Assembly: GCA_965223905.1 (NCBI GenBank)
Contig: CBDCXV010000001.1
Coordinates: forward strand, 1,088,001-1,152,000
From: Candidatus Latescibacterota bacterium
Lineage (GTDB): Bacteria; Latescibacterota; UBA2968; UBA8231
Reading direction: 5' to 3'
Length of the DNA: 64,000 nt
A program made the position numbers and the translations under genes. Position 1 is the first letter of the stretch; each line of letters begins with the position of its first letter. Of the stretch, positions 18,465-27,814 are shown one piece after another. The notes beneath the pieces are model-generated. The model saw only the letters and a list, made by a program, of their open reading frames with translations, was not told the DNA's origin and made no database searches.

Positions 18465-19454
18465 TCAAGCCGCGGCGTGGGCGGCCGAAGTCACGTCGCC
18501 GCTGAGCAGGCGATGACGGGCGCCGTCGTCGGTTTCGAGCACGAGGCTGCCGTCGGCGTGGAGATCGGTGGCCGTTCCGGTCACACTTCCGGCTTCCGTC
18601 GAAACCGTGACCCGGCGCCCTAGGGTGATCGACAGCGGCCGCATCCGCTGCACCGATTCTTCGGGACCGGCCTCGGAGGCACGCCCGTATTCCACCTCGA
18701 GCTCCCTCAGAATCTGTTTGAGGAGCTGGTTGCGATTGCAGGATCGACCGCTGAGCTGGCGGATGGAAACCGCCAGAGGCAGTTCCGTGGGAAACCGCTC
18801 CTGGTTGACGTTCAGACCTACGCCGGCAATCGCCGCCCCGTTGCGCAGCTCGCACAGCACCCCTCCCAGCTTGCGCATCCTCGAATCCACGCTTTCCGGG
18901 GAAGGAACCCCGGCGACTACAAGGTCGTTGGGCCACTTCATCCGGACCGGGATTCCGCAGTGCCGGATCAGGGCTCGCGCGACAGCACCGGCTACCAGCA
19001 GGCTGTGCGCGATGGTCGGAGCGGCCGGAGGCAGGATCAGGGAAAACATGAGGCTTTTTCCGGGCTCGGCCAGCCACCGGCGGCCGCGGCGCCCCCGTCC
19101 CCGGGACTGCGATTCGGCGGTGACGACGGTGCCGGCAGGGAGGGTGGCGGCGAGTTCGGCGGCGGTGTCGTTCGTCGAGGCGACGCGGTCCACCACCACC
19201 GCGCGGCACCCGAAGGTCCCGGTTCCGAGGCGATGGCGAATCTCCACCGAGGCCAGCCGCTCCGGGATTTCGGTAAGCCGCATGCCCAATCCGGGATCGG
19301 CGGCCACCAAAACACCCGTCTTTCCCAGGGTTTCGAGCATGCCCCCGAGCTCCCCGGGTGTGCAGGCCAGACGAGCGCGGATATCATCGGCAGGGCAGTA
19401 CTCCCCGGGACGGTGGCGCAGCAGATCGTAAAGCTCCTGTGGATCGGCGCTCAT
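18465..19454 (-). CDS. birA: Bifunctional biotin--[acetyl-CoA-carboxylase] ligase with N-terminal HTH
   Basis: STND, AESQSRGRGRRGRRW, KWPNDL, KLGGVLCE and GVGLNVNQ. Confidence 0.92.
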   Translation of the reverse strand: MSADPQELYDLLRHRPGEYCPADDIRARLACTPGELGGMLETLGKTGVLVAADPGLGMRLTEIPERLASVEIRHRLGTGTFGCRAVVVDRVASTNDTAAELAATLPAGTVVTAESQSRGRGRRGRRWLAEPGKSLMFSLILPPAAPTIAHSLLVAGAVARALIRHCGIPVRMKWPNDLVVAGVPSPESVDSRMRKLGGVLCELRNGAAIAGVGLNVNQERFPTELPLAVSIRQLSGRSCNRNQLLKQILRELEVEYGRASEAGPEESVQRMRPLSITLGRRVTVSTEAGSVTGTATDLHADGSLVLETDDGARHRLLSGDVTSAAHAAA

Positions 19455-19525
19455 CCCCCTACTCGATGCGTTTCCGGGCCCCGGAGCTTGGACGGGCGCC
19501 CGCAAGGGGTGTACAATTCGCCGGC

Positions 19526-20200
19526 ATGTGTACCTGCGTCATCCTGTTCGCGAAGCTCCCTGTCGCAGGAGCGGTAAAGACGAGGCTGCAGCCGCGCCTG
19601 AGCGAGTCGCAGGCAGCCGATCTCTACCGGTCGTTCCTTCTCGATTGCGCCGCGGCCGCGGCCGCCACAACCGCTGCGAGGAAGGTGATGGCCTATTCAC
19701 CCGACGGGGCAGCGGAAGCCATCCGGGAGATGCTCGGCCCACTGGCCGCAGCGTTCGATTTCATTCCTCAACCCGACACCGACCTCGGAAACCGAATGGA
19801 GGTCCTGTTCCGGCACAGCTTCGAACGCGGTGCCGAGCGGACCGTGGTCGTCGGCTCGGACAGCCCGTCCCTGGGTCCGGAGCTGATAGACGAGGCGTTC
19901 GACCTGCTGCGCAGTCGAGAGCTTGTGCTCGGCCCGTGCAGCGACGGCGGCTATTACCTCATCGGACAGCGGCAACTCCACCAGGCCCTGTTCCGCGGCA
20001 TCGAATGGAGCAGCAGCAGGGTCTTTCGCCAGACCCTTGAGGCCGCAGCGGGCCTCGACCTGGCGCTGCTGCCCCCCTGGTACGACGTCGACACCGCCGC
20101 GGACGCGGCTTTCCTGCGCGATCATCTCGGGGCCCTCGAGCGCACCGGCAGGCGGTGGGGATTTCGCAGTCTCCAGCAGCTGCGAGCGCTCGATCTGTAG
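19526..20200 (+). CDS. DUF2064 / TIGR04282-like glycosyltransferase (nucleotidyltransferase fold)
   Basis: FAKLPVAGAVKTRL, Q...DLGNRM, VGSDSP, LGPCSDGGYYLIG and WYDVDT. Confidence 0.88.
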   Translation: MCTCVILFAKLPVAGAVKTRLQPRLSESQAADLYRSFLLDCAAAAAATTAARKVMAYSPDGAAEAIREMLGPLAAAFDFIPQPDTDLGNRMEVLFRHSFERGAERTVVVGSDSPSLGPELIDEAFDLLRSRELVLGPCSDGGYYLIGQRQLHQALFRGIEWSSSRVFRQTLEAAAGLDLALLPPWYDVDTAADAAFLRDHLGALERTGRRWGFRSLQQLRALDL

Positions 20201-20287
20201 CGGGGAAACCGGTGGAAAATCCATGCGGGGCAACGTCCGCAGCCCTGGGCTGCTTCGTATCAACGGAGTCCAGAAGGGGCGCCGGTA

Positions 20288-21055
20288 CTAAACCCCCATG
20301 ATGCGGTATCCGCCGTCCACGTAGAGAACCTCTCCGGTGATGCCGCGGCTGAGGTTACTGCACAGGAAAAGGGCGGCGTCGGCTACCTCCTCGACCTCGG
20401 TGTTGCGCCGCAGCGGTGCCCGCTCCGCGTGCGCCCGGTGCATGAGGTTGAAGTCGCGGATTCCTCGCGAAGCCAGTGTCTTGAGCGGCCCTGCAGAGAG
20501 CCCGTTGACGCGGATGTTCTTCTCGCCGAGCTCCGACGCCAGGTAGCGAATCCCGGATTCCAGCGCCGCCTTCGCCACTCCCATGACGTTGTAGTTGCGC
20601 ACCGCCCGCCCGCTACCCAGGTAGGTGAGGGCGACCACCGCTCCTCCCGAAGTCATCAGAGGCTCGGCACCCCGCACCAGGCAGTTCAGCGAATAGGCGC
20701 TGACCTCAAGGGCGAGACGGTAGCCGTCCCGCGAGGTGTCGGTATATCGGCCGTCGAGATCTTCCTTGTTGGCGAAAGCGATCCCGTGAACGAGGAAGTC
20801 GAGCCTGCCGGCCTCCTTCCCCACCTGTGAAAAGGCCGCGGCCACCGATGGGTCGTCGCTGACGTCGCACCGAACGAGGACCGGAGGGGTGGACAACTGG
20901 CCGGCGACCTTTTCGATGCCTGCCCGCTCCCGATCGCCGAGGTAGCCGAGGATCAGCCGGGCGCCCTCGCGGTCCAGGGCCCGGGCTATCGCCCAGGAGA
21001 TGCTGCGGTGGTTGGCAACGCCGGCGACGAATCCGGTCTTGTCCGACATCATCAT
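20288..21055 (-). CDS. fabI: Enoyl-ACP reductase
   Basis: GVANHRSISWAIA, VSAYSL, LTYLGS..AVRNYNVMGVAKAALE and SAGPLKTLAS. Confidence 0.95.
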   Translation of the reverse strand: MMMSDKTGFVAGVANHRSISWAIARALDREGARLILGYLGDRERAGIEKVAGQLSTPPVLVRCDVSDDPSVAAAFSQVGKEAGRLDFLVHGIAFANKEDLDGRYTDTSRDGYRLALEVSAYSLNCLVRGAEPLMTSGGAVVALTYLGSGRAVRNYNVMGVAKAALESGIRYLASELGEKNIRVNGLSAGPLKTLASRGIRDFNLMHRAHAERAPLRRNTEVEEVADAALFLCSNLSRGITGEVLYVDGGYRIMGV

Positions 21056-21080
21056 GGTTCTGCCGTCCTCTCCATCGTTT

Positions 21081-22943
21081 TCAGGCCCGACTCTCGGTCA
21101 GCTTCAGACCGCTGCTGTTGAGCCGGTAGTCGACAACCCGGCTGGCGGCGAACGAGCTCCGGTCGCGCAGCTTTCCCAGTTCCCGCTTCAGGTCCCCGGC
21201 GGCGCCGTCGGCCGCTACCAGCAGGGCGAAGCCTCCGCCGCCTGCGCCCGTCAGCATGCCGCCGCTGCACAGCTCGGAGACCGCCGAGCCCTCGAACAGG
21301 TGATGCAGGGGGGCGCTGGTCGCTTCGGGATCGAGAATGCAGCGCAGCTCCCAGTAACGCGTCGCCATGCTCCCCAGGGCGTCGTAGTCACCGGCGCGGA
21401 GCGCTGTCACCATGTCGTCGTGCAGCGCCAACGACTCGCGCAAGGCGAAATAACGGCGGCGGTCCCTTCTCAGGTAGGCGGCGAGAATGACGTTCAGTCC
21501 GCGCGAAGCCGCGCGCGAAATCCCGGTGTCGAACAGCACGATGCGCTCGGCGAAACGGTCTGCGCCCACCTCGACGAAGGTGATGTCAGGTGCCGGCGGA
21601 CCATCGGTGGGGGGAGCGTACAGATCCTTGGCGGCGCTGGCGCCGCCGCGGGCCCCTCGCGCGTCCTGCCAGCCGGAGTTGAGTCCGAGGCTGTGCTCGA
21701 GCAGAACGCTCTGGTCGTACAGCTCGGGGTATTCACCTGCGTCGGTGCCGGCGGAGTGACCGGTAAGCCGGTAGAAGACCTTCAGGATGGCTGCTGCCAG
21801 GATGCTGCTGGTCCCGAGTCCGGATCCCTGGAGAACGGCGCTGGAGGTGACGACTTCGAGCCCGCCGCCGCCGGTGAAGTTCGATATTTCGCCGACCACG
21901 TCCCTGGTGCGCGAGGAGATGATCCCGCAGTGCACGAGCGCCTCCTTGACCATGCGCAGGGACTCGTCGCCTCCGCGGCGATAGGCGAAGAAAAGGTCGC
22001 TCTGCACTGCGGGGGCTCCGCGCGCGTTGACTTCGAATTCCGCTTCGAACCCCTTCGAAAGTGAGCGCAGCAAGAGGAGCGGTTCCTCGAGCCTCCGCGC
22101 CGTCACGGTCAAGGGAGGTCTGCATTCGCCCGAGTCATCGGTGCACAGATCGATCCCCGCGTTGAGCGTCTTGCCGCCCTGCTCCTTGGTGCGGATGTGG
22201 TTGTCGGAGGCGTTGGCGCTGGAAATTCCCAGCCGGAGGGGGGAGACGGCGGTGAACAGCTTGCCGAAATCCTCCCGGGCCATGGGATCCGCCCGCGAAT
22301 TCCGTCTCGAAGGCCGCCGGGGGCCGCGGAGGCCAACCGTCATGTCGCGGCGCTGCAACTCCACGATAATCCCTTCGTAGGCGTCGGGAAGCTCTGCGAT
22401 CCTCTTTTGTTCCTTCAGGGACGCGATGGCGCGATCGTCGAGGCAGAACGCAGGCACCTTTCTCCGCCGCCAGATTTTCGGATCGGACAACATCCGGTAG
22501 ACGTCTGCCTGCACGCAGACCGCCCGCATGCCGCGCAGGTACCGTGTTTTCTCGTCGAGCCTGTCGAGATAACTGTCGAGCTTCTTCAGGATGTCGAGGA
22601 GCGTCCTGGGATCGTTGCCGCTGAGACGGAGCGCCTCGGAGTGACCGACGTCGGCGACGGTGTCGATCATCTCGACGACGACTTCGGGCAATACCCTGGC
22701 AGCCGCTTTGCCGAAGGCGGCCGACCACTCGTCGGCCGGCACCTTCGAGAGCAGCAGATCGATTACCTCCGGGATCTCGAGCCTCGCCTGCAGGGGATGA
22801 TTCAGCAGCATCCGGCGGATGAAATCCCCCCGCTCTTCGTCGCTCAAACGGTCGCGGCGGCTGGCTGTGACGACGGTATCGATCAGCGACCCGGCGTCGG
22901 ACAGGGATTGGATCTCGTCGCGTCTGCCGGCCGGCTCGCTCAT
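21081..22943 (-). CDS. GHMP-superfamily kinase (fucokinase/heptose-7-P kinase-like) with an uncharacterised N-terminal domain
   Basis: QGSGLGTSS ATP-binding loop, GWQD, FDTGISR and LTGAGGGGF. Confidence 0.75.
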   Translation of the reverse strand: MSEPAGRRDEIQSLSDAGSLIDTVVTASRRDRLSDEERGDFIRRMLLNHPLQARLEIPEVIDLLLSKVPADEWSAAFGKAAARVLPEVVVEMIDTVADVGHSEALRLSGNDPRTLLDILKKLDSYLDRLDEKTRYLRGMRAVCVQADVYRMLSDPKIWRRRKVPAFCLDDRAIASLKEQKRIAELPDAYEGIIVELQRRDMTVGLRGPRRPSRRNSRADPMAREDFGKLFTAVSPLRLGISSANASDNHIRTKEQGGKTLNAGIDLCTDDSGECRPPLTVTARRLEEPLLLLRSLSKGFEAEFEVNARGAPAVQSDLFFAYRRGGDESLRMVKEALVHCGIISSRTRDVVGEISNFTGGGGLEVVTSSAVLQGSGLGTSSILAAAILKVFYRLTGHSAGTDAGEYPELYDQSVLLEHSLGLNSGWQDARGARGGASAAKDLYAPPTDGPPAPDITFVEVGADRFAERIVLFDTGISRAASRGLNVILAAYLRRDRRRYFALRESLALHDDMVTALRAGDYDALGSMATRYWELRCILDPEATSAPLHHLFEGSAVSELCSGGMLTGAGGGGFALLVAADGAAGDLKRELGKLRDRSSFAASRVVDYRLNSSGLKLTESRA

Positions 22944-23274
22944 GTCATCGGGATAAACGGTGAGCGGCAGCGGTTTGTTTCGCTGCTACGAGGATCCCAT
23001 CCTGGCGGTTTGGTTCAAACGAGAACATCCGGTTTGCAAGGGACGGGATTCGCTGCCTTGGTCCGCCCGGCCGGAGGGCCGAGTGCCTGTCGATTTGGCG
23101 ATGGAGGGGACCTTTCCCTCGCCTCTACTTGCCTTCGACAGATCCTGGTCGACCGGGATGAGCTTCCGTTTCACGGCGAGAAAGTAGCCCGCCGCAGGCT
23201 GGAAATCAATGTCGGAGGGACCGGCCGGGTCAGGACGGTCCCCGGTTGCGAACTGCAGGATTGGGGGATCCCCG

Positions 23275-24717
23275 TCAGCTCGGGGGATGGGCGGTCAGGT
23301 GCTCGCCGCGGCCGTTTTCGTCGACTGCGACGGCCGGCTTGCCGTCCTCCTTGAAGGCGTCCATGGCGCCGTACTCGTGGAGTTTGTTGCGCAGGGTCCG
23401 GGTGCTGATGCCGAGTTGGGCCGCCGCGTCGGTGCGGTTTCCGCCGAAAGCCTCCAGCGTCCCCATGATGAGGCGGTGTTCCATCTCGCGGACCGTCATG
23501 CCGACCTGCAGGTCTCCGCCCCCCCGCCGGGGGCCTCCCCGCTCGAATTTTTTCGGGAAGTCGGCGACGTCGAGCATGGGCCGGCGCGAGACCACCACGG
23601 CCCGCTCGATCTGGTTCTCAAGCTCGCGCACGTTGCCTGGCCAGTCGTACTGCATCAGCAGCTCGAGGGCCTCTTCGGATATCCCCTCGACCCGCTTGCC
23701 GTTGTCGTCGTTGAAACGCTGGACGAAGTGGCGTGCGAGAGCGGCGATATCCTCCTTCCGCTCCCTGAGAGGGGGTACGCTGATCTCGATCACGTTGAGG
23801 CGGTAGAAGAGGTCCTCGCGGAAGTTCCCCTCTTCGACCTCCTTGACCAGCTCGCGGTTGGTCGTCGCCACGATGCGGACGTCGACCGCGATCGTCCGCG
23901 TGCTGCCGATGCGCTCGAACTCCCGTTCCTGCAGCACGCGCAGCAGCTTGGCCTGCAGGGAGAGGTCGATTTCGGAGATCTCGTCGAGCAGCAGGGTGCC
24001 GCCGTCCGCCATTTCGAAGCGGCCCCGGGTCTGCCTGATCGCTCCCGTGAATGCCCCCTTCTCGTGGCCGAACAGCTCGCTTTCCATCAGATCCTTGGGC
24101 AGGGCGGCGCAGTTGAGGCGGATGAATGGGCCGTTGCCGCGGCAGCTGTTGTAGTGCAGGGCCCTGGCGACCAACTCCTTGCCGGTTCCGCTCTCGCCGG
24201 TTACGAGCACGGTGGCGCGGCTGTCGGCGACGGTGCCGATCAGGTCGACGACTTGCTCCATGCCTGGGCTGTTTCCGATCATGCCGCTGAAGCTGTACCT
24301 GTCCTGCAGCTCCGAGCGCAGGCGCCGGTTCTCGCGCACCGTCTCCTGGAATCGAAGCGCGCGTTCGACGACGATCTCGGTTTCGGAGGTCGTCGACTCC
24401 GAACCCTTCTCGATGTAGTCGTAGGCCCCCTTTCTCATCGCCTCGACCGCGTCCTCGACGGTTCCGTAGGCCGTCATCAGGATGACGTGCATCTCGGGCC
24501 ACCTCGATTTCACCTGCTCGAGCAGTTGGAGCCCGCCCATTCCCGGCATCTTTATGTCCGACAGCAGGAGGTCGTATTCGCCTTTCTCCAGGCGCTCCAG
24601 AGCCGACCTCGCCTCCGAATCCGTGTCGACGTCATAGCCCTTGCGAATCAGTATTTCCTCGGTCGCTCCGCGGACGTACGAGTCGTCGTCGACTACGAGA
24701 ATGCGATTGTCAGGCAT
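23275..24717 (-). CDS. Sigma54-dependent response regulator (NtrC/FleR family)
   Basis: Receiver domain (VVDDD, SDIKMP, MTAYG), AAA+ [22 protein letters not shown] and a Fis-type HTH. Confidence 0.95.
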   Translation of the reverse strand: MPDNRILVVDDDSYVRGATEEILIRKGYDVDTDSEARSALERLEKGEYDLLLSDIKMPGMGGLQLLEQVKSRWPEMHVILMTAYGTVEDAVEAMRKGAYDYIEKGSESTTSETEIVVERALRFQETVRENRRLRSELQDRYSFSGMIGNSPGMEQVVDLIGTVADSRATVLVTGESGTGKELVARALHYNSCRGNGPFIRLNCAALPKDLMESELFGHEKGAFTGAIRQTRGRFEMADGGTLLLDEISEIDLSLQAKLLRVLQEREFERIGSTRTIAVDVRIVATTNRELVKEVEEGNFREDLFYRLNVIEISVPPLRERKEDIAALARHFVQRFNDDNGKRVEGISEEALELLMQYDWPGNVRELENQIERAVVVSRRPMLDVADFPKKFERGGPRRGGGDLQVGMTVREMEHRLIMGTLEAFGGNRTDAAAQLGISTRTLRNKLHEYGAMDAFKEDGKPAVAVDENGRGEHLTAHPPS

Positions 24718-24732
24718 CGTCTTTCCGGTTGG

Positions 24733-25992
24733 TTAGTGGGGAAGGGTGATGGTGAAGCATGTGCCCTCGCAGGGATTGCTCTGGAAGGTGATTCGCCCGC
24801 CGTGGGCTTCGACGATTTTCTTCGACGTCACCAGCCCGAGGCCGGTGCCGTCCTCCTTGGTCGTGAAGAACGGCGTGAACAGCTTTTCCCGGACCGCGGC
24901 GTCGATTCCGGGTCCCTCGTCGCGAATGCGGATCTGCGTTTCCGCGGCATCGGCTTCGCGCAGCACCTCGATGCGGACAACGCCGCCGTCAGGCATCGCC
25001 TGGGCCGCGTTCAGCAGCAGGTTGAGGACGACCTGGTGGACCTGCTCCGTATCCAGTTCGACCACCAGCGGAGTCTGGGGATACGAGCGCTCGATCACTG
25101 TTTCCCCGGATCCGCCCTCCGGATCGATCTCGAAGAAAGAGGCGGCCTCCTCGACGATCTCGCGGACATCGGTTTTCCGGGTGTTGAGGTTCAACGGCCG
25201 GGTGTAGCTCAAAAGGCTCGAGACTATGCGGTTGAGACGGGCAACTCCCTCGGTGATCTTGCTCACCATCCGTCGGTTCGGGTCGCCGGCATCGAGGTCG
25301 CGTTCCAGCAGGTTGGCGAAGCTGGCGATGCCGCCCAGGGGGTTGCGGATCTCGTGGGCCACGGTCGCCGCCATCTCGCCGAGAGCCGCCAGGGTGTGCA
25401 TGCGCCGGACCTGAGCCTCCAGGCGCTTCACCTCGGTGAGGTCGTTGAATGCCTCGAGGGCGCCCAGGATTTCGCCATTGTGATCCTTGACCAGAGAAGA
25501 GCTGAAGCCGAGGGGGATCGTGCGCCCATCGGCGCGCCTCAACTCTTTCTCCCGCGTCTGCAGGCCGGTTCCGGATTCCAGCGTGTAAAGGGCCGATTTG
25601 CCCCCGTCTGCGTCCTTCCCCATGACCTCTTCGTAGCGGTGGCCGAGCACCTCTTCCTGGGAACGGCCGGTGATCTCCTCGGCCGCCTGGTTGAACAGGG
25701 TGATTCTGCCCTCGAGATCGAGAACGAGGACGCCACCGCTCATGCTCTCGAGGATGTTGTTCAGGTATTTGCTGACGCGGTCTTTCTCCTCGAGGCTCTG
25801 CCGGAGCTGGTTGTTGGTCTCTTCGAGCTTTGCGTCGAGGTATTCGAACTGTTCCTCGAGTTGCCTGTAGGCCCGGACGTATTTGCGTGTGGTCTCGTTG
25901 AAGAGGAGGTGCGAATCGGGAAAACTCTCTTCGAGTTCGCCTGCTTCCCCGAGCTGGATGGCCGGTTCCGGTACTTGCCGAGAAGAGGTCAT
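24733..25992 (-). CDS. Cytoplasmic PAS-domain sensor histidine kinase (FleS/FlgS-like)
   Basis: N-terminal coiled coil, PAS domain, AHEIRNPLGGI H-box, NLLLNAAQAM and FFTTKEDGTGLGL; no TM segment. Confidence 0.9.
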   Translation of the reverse strand: MTSSRQVPEPAIQLGEAGELEESFPDSHLLFNETTRKYVRAYRQLEEQFEYLDAKLEETNNQLRQSLEEKDRVSKYLNNILESMSGGVLVLDLEGRITLFNQAAEEITGRSQEEVLGHRYEEVMGKDADGGKSALYTLESGTGLQTREKELRRADGRTIPLGFSSSLVKDHNGEILGALEAFNDLTEVKRLEAQVRRMHTLAALGEMAATVAHEIRNPLGGIASFANLLERDLDAGDPNRRMVSKITEGVARLNRIVSSLLSYTRPLNLNTRKTDVREIVEEAASFFEIDPEGGSGETVIERSYPQTPLVVELDTEQVHQVVLNLLLNAAQAMPDGGVVRIEVLREADAAETQIRIRDEGPGIDAAVREKLFTPFFTTKEDGTGLGLVTSKKIVEAHGGRITFQSNPCEGTCFTITLPH

Positions 25993-26049
25993 GTAGGGCT
26001 TGCTTTCCAAAGGGCCGGGCAGTCCCGGTGCGGAGGTCGCCGGGATCTT

Positions 26050-26065
26050 TGCGAGAACGATACCT
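26050..26065 (-). promoter_or_regulatory. Possible sigma54 promoter of the kinase/regulator pair
   Basis: Minus strand AGGTATCGTTCTCGCA gives GG-N10-GC about 58 bp upstream of the ATG. Confidence 0.35.
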
Positions 26066-26282
26066 CGACCGAGGAGGACGGTTCCGCGGGGCCGAATCGC
26101 AACGCCTCTGTGGACAGAGGCGGAATGTCGGGGGGAGGAGACTGAAGCGGCCGGGGTGGCCGCGCAAAAGGAAAGAATTCCCGCAGGAGGAATCTTCTCG
26201 AAATATAGGGAAAGGGCGCCTGGGCTGCAGAAACGCATTCCCGGCCAGCGGGCAGGCGCGGCAGAGACAGGATCGAACGGCC

Positions 26283-26933
26283 TTACGGCGGCGGTTTGGG
26301 GTAGGCCTTTTCTCCCGCGGTCACCGGAAAGGGAAGCCTGTTCCGAGGCGGCGGCATCGGGCATATGTAGGCACGGTCGTCATAGGCGCAGTACGGATTG
26401 TAGGACTCGTTGAAATCGATGACGCAGCGCCCCCCCTCTCCGCAGTAGACCGGTACGTAGCGGCCGCCGTCGTAGGTCGACTCGCCGTTGGTGGGATCGG
26501 TGAAGAAGACGGCGAGTTCGTTCGTTCCCTCGGTATGGTAGATTTCCAGCCAGAACGGCTTGCCTGCGAACTCCGAGACAAAGCGGCCGTAGCGCACCAC
26601 GGGCAGCAGGGAGTCGGTGTTGGTGGCGCTGAGCAGCCGGCGGCGGCGGCCGTAGAGATGGAGGCCCCCCTCGACGAGAAAGCCGGCCTGCGGAGGGAAA
26701 TAGCTCAGCCCGGCGAACGACCCGCGCTCCTTTTGCGGAATCGGCGAGCCCTCCTCCCGCAGCAGGCTGTCCTTGACGGCGCGAATGTGGCGCACTCGTT
26801 CGTGGTAGCCGGTGGTCTCGGCGGAGGCGCTTTGGAATGGCTGTGCGGCTGCCGGGACCCCTGCGGCAGCCAGCGCGAGCCCGGTAAGAGCCAGCAGGGG
26901 GAGGATTGCGGTCACGCCAGGACGTGTTGACAT
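26283..26933 (-). CDS. DUF1684 domain protein with signal peptide
   Basis: FAGLSYFP, FTDPTNGESTYDGGRY, IDFNESYNPYCAY and CPMPPPRNRL...AGEK. Confidence 0.88.
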   Translation of the reverse strand: MSTRPGVTAILPLLALTGLALAAAGVPAAAQPFQSASAETTGYHERVRHIRAVKDSLLREEGSPIPQKERGSFAGLSYFPPQAGFLVEGGLHLYGRRRRLLSATNTDSLLPVVRYGRFVSEFAGKPFWLEIYHTEGTNELAVFFTDPTNGESTYDGGRYVPVYCGEGGRCVIDFNESYNPYCAYDDRAYICPMPPPRNRLPFPVTAGEKAYPKPPP

Positions 26934-26996
26934 CGATTTCCGCGGCCGGTTACCTTGCAAACCGTTCGTAGCGAGACATCGCCGGGACAGTCGAAA

Positions 26997-27023
26997 CAGG
27001 ACACACAGGACACACAGGACACA
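26997..27023 (+). repeat. Three perfect 9-bp tandem repeats (CAGGACACA) in the SDR leader
   Basis: CAGGACACA x3, running into GGAGTAGGAG just before the ATG at 27034. Confidence 0.85.
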
Positions 27024-27033
27024 GGAGTAGGAG

Positions 27034-27810
27034 ATGGTTCTCAAAGGTCGCACCGCGGTCGTGACCGGGGGAAGCTCCGGCATCGGGCGCGGGGTCTGCA
27101 TCGAGTTTGCCCGCGAAGGTGCCAACGTCGTTGTGGCCGACGTGCAGGAGGCCCCCAAACGCGGCAAGTATCACGAGCAGGATACTCTAACCCCTACCGC
27201 GGAGGAGGTGGAGAAGCTGGGCGCAAGGGGGCTGTTTGTCCAAGTCGATGTAGCGAAAGAGGAGGAGGTTCGGCAGCTGATGTCCGCGGCGGCCGCGGAT
27301 TTGGGCGGCGTCGATATCCTGGTCAACAACGCCGGCATATTCACCCTCGGCAACAGCGAGGAGCTGCCGGTTTCGGAGTGGGAGCGGATCATCGGCATCA
27401 ATCTCAAGGGGGTGTTTCTGACCACGCGGCACGTCCTGCCCCATATGCGCAAATCCCGGGCGGGGCGGATCATCAACATCGCATCGGTGCACGCTTTCGG
27501 CGGCGGCGGCGGCCCCGCCTATGCGCCGGCAAAGGCCGGTGTCGTCAACCTCACCCGCGATACCGCCCTGGAGGTCGCCGCCGACAACATCACCGTCAAC
27601 GCGGTCTGTCCGGGATACATCGAAACGGCGATACAGGATTACCTGACCCCCGAGCAGATCGAGGAGTGCCTCGAAAAGACGCCGCTGCCGAGACTCGGTC
27701 TGCCGAAGGACATCGGCCGGGCCTGCGTCTTCCTCGCCTCCGACGACGCGGCTTGGATAACAGGAGCCGCCCTCCCCGTCGACGGCGGCTGGCTGGCCCC
27801 GGTGTTCTGA
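27034..27810 (+). CDS. Short-chain dehydrogenase/reductase (FabG-like)
   Basis: TGGSSGIG, NNAG, catalytic YAPAK, VNAVCPG and VDGG. Confidence 0.93.
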   Translation: MVLKGRTAVVTGGSSGIGRGVCIEFAREGANVVVADVQEAPKRGKYHEQDTLTPTAEEVEKLGARGLFVQVDVAKEEEVRQLMSAAAADLGGVDILVNNAGIFTLGNSEELPVSEWERIIGINLKGVFLTTRHVLPHMRKSRAGRIINIASVHAFGGGGGPAYAPAKAGVVNLTRDTALEVAADNITVNAVCPGYIETAIQDYLTPEQIEECLEKTPLPRLGLPKDIGRACVFLASDDAAWITGAALPVDGGWLAPVF

Positions 27811-27814
27811 TCCA

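Noticed and set aside
23209-26145. 978-aa plus-strand ORF antisense to the two-component genes
   Set aside because: Typical antisense shadow ORF of GC-rich genes with no motifs, whereas the minus-strand genes are unambiguous.
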